64,000 nucleotides of DNA from an uncultured Pelagibacteraceae bacterium (GTDB taxonomy: Bacteria > Pseudomonadota > Alphaproteobacteria > Pelagibacterales > AG-422-B15). The position numbers and the translations under genes are program-made. Location: assembly GCA_902524795.1 (NCBI GenBank), contig CABZEU010000002.1, positions 32,023 through 96,022 on the forward strand. The letters are read 5' to 3'. Shown piece after piece: positions 10,531 through 21,733 of this stretch; the stretch's first letter is position 1, and the number at the start of each line of letters is the position of its first letter. A model generated the notes under the pieces. It was not told the origin of the DNA. It was given only the letters and a program-made list of their open reading frames with translations, and did no database searches.

Positions 10531-10952
10531 TGATTACAGAAAGAACATTTTCAATCATTAAGCCAGATGCAGTTGAAAGAAATATAATAGGTGAAATCAC
10601 TGCAATGCTAGAAAATGCAGGATTGAGGGTCGTCGCTTCTAAGAGGTTAAAGCTAGATCAAGCAAAAGCTTCACAATTTTATGAGGTTCATAAAGAGAGG
10701 CCTTTTTTTCAAAGTTTGTGTGATTTTATGTGTTCTGGGCCAATTGTAGTTCAGGTTCTCGAAGGGGAAGATGCTGTAAAACGAAATAGAGAAATTATGG
10801 GAGCTACTAATCCCGAAGAAGCCGCTGAAGGCACAATAAGAAAAAAATATGCATTATCACTAGAAAAGAACTCCGTTCATGGCTCCGACAGCCTTGAAAA
10901 TGCAAAAATTGAGATAAGTCACTTTTTTTCAGAAGAAGATATTATTTCCTAA
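10530..10952 (+). CDS. ndk: nucleoside-diphosphate kinase
   Basis: 140 aa with [12 protein letters not shown] and NSVHGSDS (active-site His). TAATG overlap with pepA. Confidence 0.95.
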   Translation: MITERTFSIIKPDAVERNIIGEITAMLENAGLRVVASKRLKLDQAKASQFYEVHKERPFFQSLCDFMCSGPIVVQVLEGEDAVKRNREIMGATNPEEAAEGTIRKKYALSLEKNSVHGSDSLENAKIEISHFFSEEDIIS

Positions 10953-11514
10953 GTAATTTTATAATGGAAGCAGGGTAAAGCTCGTGTTCTGCTTTTAGAA
11001 CTTTTTTTGATAATGTATCTGAATTATCTGTCTTTTCAATTGCAACGGAAGTTTGCATAATGATTTTTCCATCATCTACTTTACTATTTACATAATGCAC
11101 ACTGCATCCTGACTCGACTTCTTTTGCATCCAATGCTCTCTGGTGAGTATTAAGGCCTTTAAATTTAGGAAGAAGGGAGGGGTGTATGTTTATTATTTTA
11201 TTTGGATAGCTATTAATTAATTTATCGCTAATTATTTTCATATATCCCGCAAGACAAATAAGCTCAATATTATAAGGTTTTAGTATTTTAAGAATCTCTT
11301 CTTCATAATGACTCTTGCTCTCAAAATTATTTAAATCTAGAGTATGAGTATCAATATTATTATTTGATGCAAATTGAAGGCCTACTGCATTAGCATTGTC
11401 AGAAAAAACACATACAACTTTTGCTGGAAAGTTTTCATCTTTGCAAGCATTGATAATCGATTCTAAGTTAGAGCCTCTGCCTGATATAAAAACCCCAATT
11501 GGTTTTTTATACAT
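10942..11514 (-). CDS. purN: phosphoribosylglycinamide formyltransferase
   Basis: 190 aa with [12 protein letters not shown] and INIHPSLLP motifs. Downstream of purM. Confidence 0.9.
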   Translation of the reverse strand: MYKKPIGVFISGRGSNLESIINACKDENFPAKVVCVFSDNANAVGLQFASNNNIDTHTLDLNNFESKSHYEEEILKILKPYNIELICLAGYMKIISDKLINSYPNKIINIHPSLLPKFKGLNTHQRALDAKEVESGCSVHYVNSKVDDGKIIMQTSVAIEKTDNSDTLSKKVLKAEHELYPASIIKLLRK

Positions 11515-12553
11515 TTAAATCAAGTCTTCCTATAAATTCTATACTTTTTTCCTTAGCAGATTTTTTTATTTCAATATTGCCAATTATATCAGATTTTAAT
11601 TTATATTTTTCTATAATTTTTCTAACTTTACTGAGATTTTTTTCATCAATTATGATTACCATTCCATAGCCACAATTAAATGTTCTCAACATCTCATTTT
11701 GAGATACATTAAAACTACTAATCCATTTAAATATTGCTGGAAGTTTCCATTTATTCAAATCTATTACAGCCTTGGTATTTTTACTGATTGACCTGGGCAA
11801 GTTTTCAGTTACACCGCCACCAGTAATGTGTGAACAGCTCTTAATGAGATTTTTGCTAAAAAGATCAAGAATTACATCAACGTAAATATGCGTAGGCTTT
11901 AATAATATCTTCCCTAATGTACTATTTTTGATAATTTTCTTTTTTAGACTAATATTATTATCTTTTATAATTTTACGGATGAGTGAAAAGCCATTGGAGT
12001 GGATTCCAGACGACTCAATTCCAATGATAAGATCACTTTTTTTTAATTGTAAAACTTTCTTCGAAATACCGCTTTTTACTCCAACACAAAAGCCAGCTAA
12101 GTCATATTTTTCCTTAGTATCATATCCTGGATGCTCGGCTGTCTCGCCACCAAGTAAAGCACAATGTGAAATCTTACATCCCTTTATAATTCCTTTAATG
12201 ATATCAACACCTTTGGATACATTTAATTTTCCAGTCGAGATGTAGTCTAAAAAAAATAATGGGGTTGCTTTGTCAACAATCAAGTCATTCACGCACATAG
12301 CTACTAAATCTATACCAATTGTTTTATGGTCATTCATTTCCTCTGCAATTTGAATTTTTGTTCCTACGCCATCTGTTGCTCCAACTAGAATAGGCTTTTT
12401 AATTTTAGTGCTTAAGGGGAATTGACCTGAAAATCCTCCAATTTCAGTCTTAATAAGACCTTTATCTTTTTTGATTAAGTTGCTAATTTTGCTTACAAAC
12501 TCATTTCCTTTGTTGATACTTACACCAGAACTTGAGTATGATAATTTTTTCAT
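11507..12553 (-). CDS. purM: phosphoribosylformylglycinamidine cyclo-ligase
   Basis: VGATDGVGTK and GGETAEHPG motifs. I prefer the ATG at 12553 (MKKLSYSSSGVS...) over the track start 12595, which would overlap the divergent gene. Confidence 0.9.
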   Translation of the reverse strand: MKKLSYSSSGVSINKGNEFVSKISNLIKKDKGLIKTEIGGFSGQFPLSTKIKKPILVGATDGVGTKIQIAEEMNDHKTIGIDLVAMCVNDLIVDKATPLFFLDYISTGKLNVSKGVDIIKGIIKGCKISHCALLGGETAEHPGYDTKEKYDLAGFCVGVKSGISKKVLQLKKSDLIIGIESSGIHSNGFSLIRKIIKDNNISLKKKIIKNSTLGKILLKPTHIYVDVILDLFSKNLIKSCSHITGGGVTENLPRSISKNTKAVIDLNKWKLPAIFKWISSFNVSQNEMLRTFNCGYGMVIIIDEKNLSKVRKIIEKYKLKSDIIGNIEIKKSAKEKSIEFIGRLDLNV

Positions 12554-12568
12554 TTGTCTACTATATAT

Positions 12569-13645
12569 ATGATTTATCAATTTTTCGCTAAACATATTAA
12601 ACAGTTACTCGCTGTTATTTTAATCTTATTTTTTAATTTTCCTGTTATGGCTAATGGTGATTTATTTTTTTCAGAAATGAATATTGAAGTGAACATTCCT
12701 TATGTTAATAATTCAAATGTAAGAAATCTAGCAATTTCAAAAGCAGAAAAATTAGCATTTGAGAAAATTTCAAAAAAACTTCTGGCACCTAATGACTTCA
12801 ATCAAATTATTAAATTTAACGATATTAATTATGAATATTTAGTAGAGAGTATTGAGTTTGTTGATGAAAAAATATCACCTGAAATTTATAGCGGTAGCTT
12901 TAATGTTTATTTTAGTCCATTTAAAGTTAGAGAGTTTTATGAATCTCGCTCATTAACATATTCAGAACTGAGTTCAAAAGACATAATTGCCTATATTGCA
13001 TTTTCAAACCACTTCGAGTTCTTTACATTATTTAATAATTGGAACACAGAATGGAAAAAAATAAATAATATTGGAAGTAAGATTAATTTGAACGTAAGAA
13101 CCTTTACTTCATCTGAAATGTATCAGTTAGATTTAGCAACATTCTTGGAAGGATCGAATTTAAATCTAGTGAGCGATATCAAGGATGCTATATTGATTTG
13201 GTGTAATCCAACCAGTGTTGAAAATAATAAAATCAAATTCGAGATTATTATTAAGCTCATAGCCAATAATAAAGAAAACGTATTTAGAAAAACAGTCATA
13301 GAAGATAATAGCGTTTACAGAGATGATATTTTTGATCAAATTATTAAAGATATTAATTCTGAGTTATTATCAGTTTGGATTGATATAACAAAACAATCGA
13401 ATGATAAGTTTTTGTATAATTTTGTTTATGATATTAATTCAATCGATGATTGGGTAAAACTAAGAACAGAACTAGAAACTTTAGAGTTGCTTAATTCCTT
13501 CCACGTCACTTCATTTAATCTGTCTAAGGTTGAAGGGGTTATTAATTTTTCTGGCAATAATAATAAGCTAGAATTAATAATGTCTCAAAATAATATTGAT
13601 GTAGCTAATATGGGTCCTTACTATAAAATTAGCTTGTATGAATAA
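12569..13645 (+). CDS. hypothetical exported protein
   Basis: Long ORF with a hydrophobic N-terminus (LLAVILILFFNFPVMA). No motif I recognise. ATGAATAA overlap with pgsA suggests co-translation. Start uncertain (TTG 12554 or ATG 12569). Confidence 0.55.
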   Translation: MIYQFFAKHIKQLLAVILILFFNFPVMANGDLFFSEMNIEVNIPYVNNSNVRNLAISKAEKLAFEKISKKLLAPNDFNQIIKFNDINYEYLVESIEFVDEKISPEIYSGSFNVYFSPFKVREFYESRSLTYSELSSKDIIAYIAFSNHFEFFTLFNNWNTEWKKINNIGSKINLNVRTFTSSEMYQLDLATFLEGSNLNLVSDIKDAILIWCNPTSVENNKIKFEIIIKLIANNKENVFRKTVIEDNSVYRDDIFDQIIKDINSELLSVWIDITKQSNDKFLYNFVYDINSIDDWVKLRTELETLELLNSFHVTSFNLSKVEGVINFSGNNNKLELIMSQNNIDVANMGPYYKISLYE

Positions 13646-14183
13646 GAATATTCCAAATTTATTGTCAATATTAAGATTAATAACTATTCCCATCGTAGCT
13701 TGGTTGTTATTAATTGATTTATTTTTTTATGCAGCTCTTTTTACAATCCTTATTGCCGTTAGTGATTTTTTGGATGGATTTATAGCAAGGTCTTTAAAGG
13801 CGGAAAGTGAATTGGGTTCCTACTTAGATGCCATTGCTGATAAAGCATTTGTAATTTCAATTTATATATTAATCGGAACAGCAAATCTTTTACCAGTTTT
13901 TATCATCATCTTAGTCATATCAAGGGATATTATTATTTTAGGCTCTTTTGTAATAACATTTTTTGCAGGAATAAAAATTAAATTAAAAACTAGTAAAGTA
14001 AGTAAGTGGAACACTTTTTTTCAATTTTTTTTAGTTATAGCTACGTTATTAGGTAATACAGCAGGATTTGAAAATTTGATAAATGAGACGAGGTTAATTG
14101 AATTACTGATTGGGATTGTTGTAATTACTACATTAATATCGTTGTTTATTTATATAAGATATTGGATGGAAAGTATTATTTAG
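13638..14183 (+). CDS. pgsA: CDP-alcohol phosphatidyltransferase (phosphatidylglycerophosphate synthase-like)
   Basis: DFLDGFIARSL...LDAIADK matches the D-x2-DG-x2-AR...D-x3-D signature. Multiple TM helices. Confidence 0.8.
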   Translation: MNKNIPNLLSILRLITIPIVAWLLLIDLFFYAALFTILIAVSDFLDGFIARSLKAESELGSYLDAIADKAFVISIYILIGTANLLPVFIIILVISRDIIILGSFVITFFAGIKIKLKTSKVSKWNTFFQFFLVIATLLGNTAGFENLINETRLIELLIGIVVITTLISLFIYIRYWMESII

Positions 14184-14837
14184 ATGAATAAAGGTCAGTT
14201 AGTTTTTGATTTAGGTAAAATCGAAAATTTCGATCCTAATGATTTTTTTATTAGTGAAAGTAACCAGCAAGTTTCATCTTTACTTAATGAAACAAATAAT
14301 TGGTTCAATGGTTCAGCAGTTGTCTATGGTAAGTCAAAATCTGGGAAGACGCACTTATTAAAAATTTGGACAGCTAACAATGGCGCTACTTTTCTTAATT
14401 GCAATGAGGTAAGTAATTGGAAAAATTTGTCATCTAGCTGTAATTATGCAATTGATGATTTGCATCATCTCAAAGTGGAGAGGGAAAATGATTTTTTTCA
14501 TTTTTATAATAATTTAGTGCTCAAGAAATTTAAAATACTTTGTTCAGTTGACACAGAAGCTAACTTTAAAATCACACTAAATGATTTAAGTTCAAGGTTT
14601 AGTTCATTTACTTCTTCCTACATAGATAATCCAGATGATAGACTAATAAAAATCTTAATAGCTAAGTTCTTTAGTGATCTTCAATTAAAAGTAGATACTA
14701 ATGCAATAGAATATCTCACTAAACGAGTGGAAAGAGATTATTCAAAACTATATCAATTTATGGAAAAAATTAATTTTTCTTCCATGCAAACTAAAAGCAA
14801 AATTACTATCCCCTTTTTGAGGGATTTTTTGAATTAA
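14184..14837 (+). CDS. hda: DnaA regulatory inactivator Hda-like AAA+ protein
   Basis: 217 aa with Walker A-like GKSKSGKTHLL and a size and layout typical of Hda/HdaA. The neighbourhood of purM is, as I recall, where alphaproteobacterial hdaA lies. Confidence 0.65.
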   Translation: MNKGQLVFDLGKIENFDPNDFFISESNQQVSSLLNETNNWFNGSAVVYGKSKSGKTHLLKIWTANNGATFLNCNEVSNWKNLSSSCNYAIDDLHHLKVERENDFFHFYNNLVLKKFKILCSVDTEANFKITLNDLSSRFSSFTSSYIDNPDDRLIKILIAKFFSDLQLKVDTNAIEYLTKRVERDYSKLYQFMEKINFSSMQTKSKITIPFLRDFLN

Positions 14838-15648
14838 CATAATCACTAAATTTACTTAGTTGCTGGTTGTACATTTTTTTATTTTTTTCTAAGCCAACCT
14901 CTTTACCTTTGGATGCTTTGATTAGATTTTTATCTGAAATAACCCAGTTCCTTGGTATATTTAGGTTTTGCGCACAGACCTCTCTCCATCTAGAATATTT
15001 TTTTAGTAGAGCTTTTTCTTTTTGATTAAAATTTTTTGTCTTAATTTTTTTATATGCAAACTTTGGATTATAGATGTCATTATTCTCAGTTAGTTCACGG
15101 TTTTTATTACTAATTTTATTAATTAAGTTACTTTTTTTTATAAAATTAATCAGATAAGTATAAATTCTTGGTAAATATAAAACATCATTTTCTGCATATG
15201 CTAGCTGATTTTTACTAAATGGCCTTGATTCCCAATCTGAAACTTGATACTTTTTAGACAATTTTATTTTAAAAAGTTTTTCCACTAAATTTGTATAGCC
15301 AATTTCGTCGCCTCCATGAAGTGCATTATATGCCATTTGAGTGTCAAAAATGTTTTCGATTTTGATATCTAAAGCGTAATTAATTACCTCAATATCTTGT
15401 TTAGCTGAATGAATTACTTTTGTTAACTTTTTGTCTATTAATATTTCTTTTAGTGCATTCATGTTCATTTGCTCAATTAGAAGCATGTCCACCAAATATA
15501 CGTTTCGCTGTGTTTTAAATTGAATAGTACATAGTTTCGGCCAGTATGTACTGTCTCTTTTAAACTCAGTATCTAGATAGATAACTTTCTGTGTTTTTAG
15601 TAATTTGCATAGATTTTTGAGAGATTTATTGTCTTGGACTATTTTCAT
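14806..15648 (-). CDS. rnd: ribonuclease D (short form, DEDDy exonuclease plus one HRDC-like region)
   Basis: Exo motifs YLDTEF, HSAKQDIEV and YAENDVLYL. 280 aa. Its 3' end overlaps the hda 3' end by 32 nt. Confidence 0.75.
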   Translation of the reverse strand: MKIVQDNKSLKNLCKLLKTQKVIYLDTEFKRDSTYWPKLCTIQFKTQRNVYLVDMLLIEQMNMNALKEILIDKKLTKVIHSAKQDIEVINYALDIKIENIFDTQMAYNALHGGDEIGYTNLVEKLFKIKLSKKYQVSDWESRPFSKNQLAYAENDVLYLPRIYTYLINFIKKSNLINKISNKNRELTENNDIYNPKFAYKKIKTKNFNQKEKALLKKYSRWREVCAQNLNIPRNWVISDKNLIKASKGKEVGLEKNKKMYNQQLSKFSDYVNSKNPSKRG

Positions 15649-15681
15649 AAATCAAACTATATATGAACTTGAACTTAAAGC

Positions 15682-17481
15682 ATGGTAAAATATAGAACAC
15701 ATAATTGTAACGAGTTAAAAGAAAGCGATGAAGATAAAAACATCATACTCGCTGGATGGATTAATCGTAAGCGAGAACATGGTAATGTCTTATTTATTGA
15801 TTTGCGAGACCATTATGGCGTAACTCAGTGTGTCATTGAAAAAACAAATATAAAGCTATTAAAAGAATTTGAAAGCCTAAGGGCTGAGTCCGTTATTAAA
15901 ATACATGGTAAAGTTATTAAGCGTGATAAAGAAACCATTAATGAGTCCCTAGTGACTGGTAAAATTGAGATTTCTGTTGATGCGTTAGAAGTTCTTTCTG
16001 CTGCAAATGAATTGCCAATGCCCGTATTCGGTGAGAATGATTATCCTGAAGAAATAAGATTAAAGTATAGGTTTTTAGACATTAGAAGAGAGGAATTGCA
16101 TAGCAACATTGTATTAAGATCATCTATTATTTCCTATGTAAGAAAGTTAATGTCCGAAGCCGGCTTTCTTGAAATGCAGACACCCATTTTAACCGCATCA
16201 AGTCCCGAAGGTGCTAGAGATTATCTTGTTCCAAGCAGAATTCATCCTGGAAAATTTTACGCCTTACCTCAAGCACCTCAACAATTTAAACAATTAATAA
16301 TGGCAGGGGGGTTTGATAAATATTTTCAAATTGCTCCTTGTTTTAGAGATGAAGATGCCAGAGCAGATAGGAGTCCTGGTGAATTTTATCAATTAGATAT
16401 GGAAATGGCATTTGTTGAACAAGATGATGTATTTAATGCCATTGAACCCGTTTTATCTTCAGTATTTAAAAAGTTTTCAAATTTTAAAGTGACCGATTTG
16501 CCTTTTCCAAGAATTACCTACAAAGAAGCAATGAAAAAGTATGCAACAGACAAACCAGATTTAAGAAATCCAATTGAGGTATGTGATATTACTCAAGAAT
16601 TCTCTGATGACGATGTTGAATTTAAGGCTTTCAAAAAAGTTATAGGTGCTGGTGGGCGAGTACTAGGGATACCTGCACCAAAATCTTCAATGCAACCAAG
16701 AAGTTTTTTTGATAATTTAAACAATTGGGCAAAAAAAGAAATGAAAGCCCCCGGTCTTGGTTATATTATTTTTGAAGAAGTAGATGGCATACTTACTGGA
16801 AAAGGTCCAATTGCAAAATTTATACCAAGTAATATTCAATTAGAAATTGCTAAAAAAGCAAATTTAAATTCTGGAGATTCCATATTCTTTGCATGTGATA
16901 AAGGTAAGTTGGTATATGATATTGCTGCAGCAGCAAGAAATAAAATCGGAGAGATTCTTAATCTTATTGAAAAAGATGTATTTAGATTCTGTTGGATTGT
17001 AGACTTTCCAATGTACGAGCAGGATTGGGACACAGGTAAAATTGATTTCAGTCATAACCCATTTTCTATGCCGCAAGGTGGATTAGAAGCATTAGAAAAT
17101 AGTGATCCTTTAGATGTTCTAGGCTATCAATATGATATTGTTTGCAACGGCATTGAGCTATCATCTGGAGCCATTAGAAATCACATACCAGAAATTATGT
17201 ACAAAGCTTTTGAAATAAGTGGTTATACTAAAAAACAAGTACAAGATAAATTTGGGGGAATGATTAACGCCTTTTCTTATGGTGTGCCACCTCATGGAGG
17301 TATAGCACCTGGCATCGATAGGATTGTAATGCTTCTAGCTCAAGAAAAAAATATCAGGGAGGTAATTTTATTTCCTATGAATCAACAGGCACAGGACCTC
17401 ATGATGCTTGCGCCGGCAGAAGTTGATGCTAAGACTTTAGATGAGCTTAACCTAAAAGTAATACCTACAGAAGAAGATTAA
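15682..17481 (+). CDS. aspS: aspartate--tRNA ligase
   Basis: 599 aa with class II motifs [10 protein letters not shown] and [13 protein letters not shown]. Confidence 0.95.
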   Translation: MVKYRTHNCNELKESDEDKNIILAGWINRKREHGNVLFIDLRDHYGVTQCVIEKTNIKLLKEFESLRAESVIKIHGKVIKRDKETINESLVTGKIEISVDALEVLSAANELPMPVFGENDYPEEIRLKYRFLDIRREELHSNIVLRSSIISYVRKLMSEAGFLEMQTPILTASSPEGARDYLVPSRIHPGKFYALPQAPQQFKQLIMAGGFDKYFQIAPCFRDEDARADRSPGEFYQLDMEMAFVEQDDVFNAIEPVLSSVFKKFSNFKVTDLPFPRITYKEAMKKYATDKPDLRNPIEVCDITQEFSDDDVEFKAFKKVIGAGGRVLGIPAPKSSMQPRSFFDNLNNWAKKEMKAPGLGYIIFEEVDGILTGKGPIAKFIPSNIQLEIAKKANLNSGDSIFFACDKGKLVYDIAAAARNKIGEILNLIEKDVFRFCWIVDFPMYEQDWDTGKIDFSHNPFSMPQGGLEALENSDPLDVLGYQYDIVCNGIELSSGAIRNHIPEIMYKAFEISGYTKKQVQDKFGGMINAFSYGVPPHGGIAPGIDRIVMLLAQEKNIREVILFPMNQQAQDLMMLAPAEVDAKTLDELNLKVIPTEED

Positions 17482-20400
17482 GAACAGCCTGTGGTAGCCC
17501 CACACGTATCGCATTTTAGGCAAGTTCCATTTCTCACCAATGTAAATGAACCACACTCAGGGCAAGCGTCACCCTCGTAGCCCATCATCCTTGCTGCTTG
17601 AACTCTACTCATTGATGCATCTGATGTTGTGCCTGTGGAAGAAGAGCTACTACTTGATACTACTTGCTCTGCAGTTATAGAGCTCATATCTCCAGAGGAG
17701 CTTACTACCGAAAGTCCGTCTTGACTTCTTAAGTAGCCTTGGCTAGAAACTTTTTTTACTAGTTTCCAGGGTATCTCATTGTTTTTAAGTGTTCCTTCCT
17801 CGGCACCTGTTCCAAGCGAAAAGTCAACATCTGTATTATCTGCATGAGCTAAGTCATTTCTACCTAAGTAAGAAACAGCTAATTCCCTAAATACATAATC
17901 CAAAATTGATGTGGCATTTTTGATTCTATTATTTCCCTGAACAACTCCAGCAGGATCAAATCTAGTAAATGTATAGGCCTCTACGTATTCCTCAAGTGGT
18001 ACTCCGTATTGAAGTCCAATGGAGATAGCTATAGCAAAATTATTCATTAAACTTCTCAAAAAAGCACCTTCTTTATGCATATCAATAAATATTTCACCTA
18101 AACTGCCATCTTCATATTCTCCTGTATGAAGATAAACTTTGTGACCACCAACAATTGCTTTTTGTATATAGCCTTTTCGTCTATCAGGGACCTTATTTCT
18201 TGACCCATAAACAATTGAGTTAACTGCTTCCTGAGCAACAGCAATTGTTTTATCAACCTGAGTTTGTTGAGCAGCAATTTGATCAGATTCTGTAACATCT
18301 TCATCTTCAACTAATTTTGATGCAAGCGGCTGACTTAGTTTTGACCCGTCTCGGTACAATGCATTGGCTTTTGTTCCCAGTTTCCAAGAGAGCAGGTAGG
18401 CTTCGTTACAATCTTCTACATCTGAGTCTGCAGGCATGTTAATTGTCTTGGAAATTGCTCCTGAAATAAACGGTTGAGCTGCTGCCATCATTCTTATATG
18501 ACTTTCAACAGACAAAAATCTTTTTCCTATTCTTCCACATGGGTTAGCGCAGTCAAAAACCGCTAAATGCTCTTCTTTAATATAAGGAGAGCCTTCTAGA
18601 GTCATTGTTCCACAACAATATGTATTAGCCTCATCTATTTCTTCATTAGAGAAACCTAAGAAAGCAAGCATATTAAAATTTATATCATCTATCTGTTCAT
18701 CAGAGATATCTAATTTTTCTAAGCAGAACTCTTTTCCAAGAGTGAAAGAATTAAATGAAAATCTTATATCAAAAACATTCTTTAAGTTTTGCTCTAGTAA
18801 TTCTAGTTGTTCATCTTCAAAACCTTTTTCCTTCAGGGATTCGTGATTAATGAAAGGCGCATCTTTTAAGGTTCCGTATCCAACAGCATAATTTATTGTT
18901 TCTTCAACTTCTTCATCTGTGTACTGCAGTTGTTTTAATGCTTCAGGAACAGTTCTGTTTATGATTTTAAAGTACCCTCCACCTGCAAGTTTCTTAAATT
19001 TAACCATTGCAAAATCAGGTTCAATTCCAGTCGTATCACAGTCCATGACAAGTCCAATAGTGCCAGTAGGGGCTATAACTGTTGTTTGAGCATTTCTATA
19101 TCCATATTTTTGACCACCTTCATAAGCTTCATCCCAAGCTTTTTGGGCTTCAATGCCAAGATTAGTATCCCTTAAATTCTCAACAACAAATGGTACAGGT
19201 TTTATATTTAAATCTTCATATCCTTCCGTATTGCCATAAGCAGCTCTTTTATGATTTCTTATTACGCGAAGCATATTCTTGGCATTTTGTTGATAGCCAG
19301 GAAATGGACCTTGTTCAGATGCAATTTCTGCTGAAGCTGCATAAGATATGCCAGTCATTAATGAAGTTATTGCTGCGCAGTTAGCTCTACCTTCTTCACT
19401 ATCATATGCGACACCTTTTGACATTAGATATCCACCTAGATTCGCATATCCCAATCCAAGGGTTCGGTATTCATAGGAAAGTTTTGCAATTTCCTTAGAA
19501 GGAAATTGTGCCATCATAACTGATATTTCTAGTATTAGAGTCCAGACTCTAACTGCGTGCTTGAATAAAGTCGTATCGAGACACTTATTTTCATCCATAA
19601 AAGTCATTAAATTGAGCGAGGCTAAATTACAGGCAGTGTTATCTAAAAACATGTACTCAGAGCATGGGTTTGACGCACGAATTTCACCACTTTCTGGGCA
19701 GGTATGCCAATCATTAATTGTTGTATGAAACTGTATCCCTGGGTCCGCACATGCCCACGCTGAATATCCAACCTGATCCCATAGTTCTTTTGCATTTACA
19801 GTTTTATTGATTGAGCCGTCAGTCCTATTAACTAAATTCCATTCTTTATCGTTTATAACTGCATCAAGGAATTCGTCCGTTACACGCACTGAGTTATTAG
19901 AATTTTGACCTGATACTGTTACATATGCTTCTGAGTCCCAATCCGTATTATAAGTTTCAAATTCAATAGACTTATAGCCCTGTTTTGCAAAATGAATTAT
20001 TCGTTGAATATAATTTTCAGGCACTTCGTTTCGTCTTGCGGCAATAATCTCTCTCTTCAGAGCAGGGTTCTTCGATGCCTCAAAGCAGCTTTCTCCGTCT
20101 GCTTCACAGTTGTGGCATGCACTCATAATGCTTTTAAGGTGTTTTGAGCAAATTTTTGAACCAGTAACTATAGATGCAACTTTTTGCTCTTCTGTAACTT
20201 TCCATTTAATAAACTCTTCTATGTCAGGATGATCAATATCTACGACAACCATTTTAGCCGCTCTTCTTGTGGTTCCACCAGATTTTATAGCACCAGCCGC
20301 TCTATCTCCAATTTTTAAGAAACTCATCAAACCTGACGATTTTCCTCCCCCTGATAACCCTTCTGTGGAGCCTCTTAAATTAGAAAAATTTGTTCCTGTT

Positions 20401-21074
20401 CCTGAGCCATATTTGAATAATCGAGCTTCCCTAACCCAAAGATCCATAATTCCGCCATCATTAACAAGATCATCATCAATGCTTTGTATGAAACAAGCAT
20501 GGGGCTGAGGTCTTTCATAGGAACTAGATGATCTAGTGAGTTTGCCATTTTCATGATCAACATAAAAGTGGCCTTGACTTGGTCCATCAATGCCATATGC
20601 CCAATTTAGACCCGTATTGAACCATTGTGGACTGTTAGGGGCAATCATTTGATTAGCCAGCATATATCTAACTTCATCAAAAAAAGCTTTTGCATCTTCC
20701 TCAGAGGAAAAATATCCACCTTTCCATCCCCAATATGTCCAGGCTCCAGCTAGTCTATCAAAAACTTGTTGAGAGTTCTTTTCCGACGAATAATTGAGGT
20801 CGCTAGACTCTTCGTCTGCTATTCTTGGAGACAGCCATGATGGTATATTTCTTTCTTCAGTTCTCTTAAGTTTATTGGGAACACCAGCTTTTCTAAAATA
20901 TTTTTGCGACAGTATATCACTTGCAACCTGACTCCATTGCTCAGGTACTTCGAAATCTCTAAGTTCAAAAACGATAGAACCGTCAGGGTTTCTAATTTCT
21001 GTCGAAACTTTTTTAAACTTAATATTTTGATATGGAGATTGGTTATCACTTGTAAATTCTCTATTTATTTTCAT
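17478..21074 (-). CDS. nrdJ: class II (adenosylcobalamin-dependent) ribonucleotide reductase
   Basis: 1198 aa with [23 protein letters not shown] and VIAPTGTIG motifs. Ser-rich linker and C-terminal CPECG...CLKCDTCG zinc ribbon. Confidence 0.88.
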   Translation of the reverse strand: MKINREFTSDNQSPYQNIKFKKVSTEIRNPDGSIVFELRDFEVPEQWSQVASDILSQKYFRKAGVPNKLKRTEERNIPSWLSPRIADEESSDLNYSSEKNSQQVFDRLAGAWTYWGWKGGYFSSEEDAKAFFDEVRYMLANQMIAPNSPQWFNTGLNWAYGIDGPSQGHFYVDHENGKLTRSSSSYERPQPHACFIQSIDDDLVNDGGIMDLWVREARLFKYGSGTGTNFSNLRGSTEGLSGGGKSSGLMSFLKIGDRAAGAIKSGGTTRRAAKMVVVDIDHPDIEEFIKWKVTEEQKVASIVTGSKICSKHLKSIMSACHNCEADGESCFEASKNPALKREIIAARRNEVPENYIQRIIHFAKQGYKSIEFETYNTDWDSEAYVTVSGQNSNNSVRVTDEFLDAVINDKEWNLVNRTDGSINKTVNAKELWDQVGYSAWACADPGIQFHTTINDWHTCPESGEIRASNPCSEYMFLDNTACNLASLNLMTFMDENKCLDTTLFKHAVRVWTLILEISVMMAQFPSKEIAKLSYEYRTLGLGYANLGGYLMSKGVAYDSEEGRANCAAITSLMTGISYAASAEIASEQGPFPGYQQNAKNMLRVIRNHKRAAYGNTEGYEDLNIKPVPFVVENLRDTNLGIEAQKAWDEAYEGGQKYGYRNAQTTVIAPTGTIGLVMDCDTTGIEPDFAMVKFKKLAGGGYFKIINRTVPEALKQLQYTDEEVEETINYAVGYGTLKDAPFINHESLKEKGFEDEQLELLEQNLKNVFDIRFSFNSFTLGKEFCLEKLDISDEQIDDINFNMLAFLGFSNEEIDEANTYCCGTMTLEGSPYIKEEHLAVFDCANPCGRIGKRFLSVESHIRMMAAAQPFISGAISKTINMPADSDVEDCNEAYLLSWKLGTKANALYRDGSKLSQPLASKLVEDEDVTESDQIAAQQTQVDKTIAVAQEAVNSIVYGSRNKVPDRRKGYIQKAIVGGHKVYLHTGEYEDGSLGEIFIDMHKEGAFLRSLMNNFAIAISIGLQYGVPLEEYVEAYTFTRFDPAGVVQGNNRIKNATSILDYVFRELAVSYLGRNDLAHADNTDVDFSLGTGAEEGTLKNNEIPWKLVKKVSSQGYLRSQDGLSVVSSSGDMSSITAEQVVSSSSSSSTGTTSDASMSRVQAARMMGYEGDACPECGSFTLVRNGTCLKCDTCGATTGCS

Positions 21075-21211
21075 TTTTTTTCCTTATTAACAATAGCGCC
21101 ACAACAGCAGTTTAAATCAAGAACAAGTTAAGAATGGTTCCGACCGTTTTATTACCAGAATGTTAAATGAGTAACTTTCTAGAAATTCAATATTTATTAT
21201 TTGAAAAATGA

Positions 21212-21227
21212 AGTCAATATGTTGTGT
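21212..21227 (-). promoter_or_regulatory. candidate NrdR box overlapping a TTGACT -35-like hexamer in the nrdJ leader
   Basis: Minus strand reads ACACAACATATTGACT, which by my hand alignment matches 13 of 16 positions of the NrdR-box consensus acaCwAtATaTwGtgt. About 140 nt upstream of the nrdJ ATG. No convincing second box seen. Confidence 0.3.
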
Positions 21228-21370
21228 AAAAAAAATGTATAACCACTAAATAAAGCACTTTAATTGTGGTTAATATTGAAAAATGTATCTATTTCAATGG
21301 TTTAAACAGCCACCATAATTTAATTTTTGTTGAAAAACCTGTTAATTTAAATAAATATAACCCTGATTTT

Positions 21371-21733
21371 ATGCTCAAAGAAATATTTACATGGTGGAAC
21401 GGCCAAACACTTGGAACCCGATTATGGACATATTTTAGGGGCATACTCGCGGGAGTTGATAGCCGAGGCAACAGATATTATCATAACAAAAAAGACACTA
21501 AAAGGTGGGTTATTTATGCTGACGAAATTGAATCTACCTATGTAAATCCAGAGTGGAATAATTGGCTAAGGTTCACATCAAAGCTAAAGGCTTCAGAAGA
21601 AAAAAAATATAAATGGCAAAAAAATCATCTTTCAAATCAAACTGGGACAGAAAATGCTTACAATCCTGAAAAAAATAACACAAACAACAGCTCCAAGAAA
21701 AAAAATGATGATTATACTAAATGGTCGCCATAA
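21371..21733 (+). CDS. NADH:ubiquinone oxidoreductase subunit NDUFA12-like protein
   Basis: MLKEIFTWWNGQTLGTRLWT...NRYY...RWVIY is the NDUFA12-family N-terminus. The track start 21266 (GTG) adds 35 aa with no resemblance. Confidence 0.8.
   Translation: MLKEIFTWWNGQTLGTRLWTYFRGILAGVDSRGNRYYHNKKDTKRWVIYADEIESTYVNPEWNNWLRFTSKLKASEEKKYKWQKNHLSNQTGTENAYNPEKNNTNNSSKKKNDDYTKWSP

Noticed and set aside
15663-15695. 10-codon upstream ORF ([10 protein letters not shown]) overlapping the aspS start.
   Set aside because: It is out of frame with aspS, has no SD, and a mini-ORF of this size is expected by chance in AT-rich spacer.
17478-21074. Intein inside the long (1198 aa) nrdJ.
   Set aside because: The length is typical for alphaproteobacterial class II RNRs. 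The sequence is continuous RNR-like, with no block resembling intein splicing motifs (N-terminal Cys/Ser block, or C-terminal HN followed by C/S/T) that I could see.
21075-21370. Cobalamin riboswitch in the nrdJ leader.
   Set aside because: There is no B12-box-like GCCACTG core on the nrdJ (minus) strand, and no extended GC-rich helices. The only GCCAC lies on the wrong strand.
21266-21370. N-terminal extensions offered by the ORF track: 21266 for the NDUFA12-like gene, 21654 for the DUF2155-like gene, 46208 for the SnoaL-like gene, 12595 for purM, 39464 for sufC and 47001 for the 125-aa gene.
   Set aside because: The extensions use GTG or TTG or lie inside the preceding gene. They add residues with no family resemblance, and better ATG starts (often with an SD or a stop-start overlap) exist downstream.
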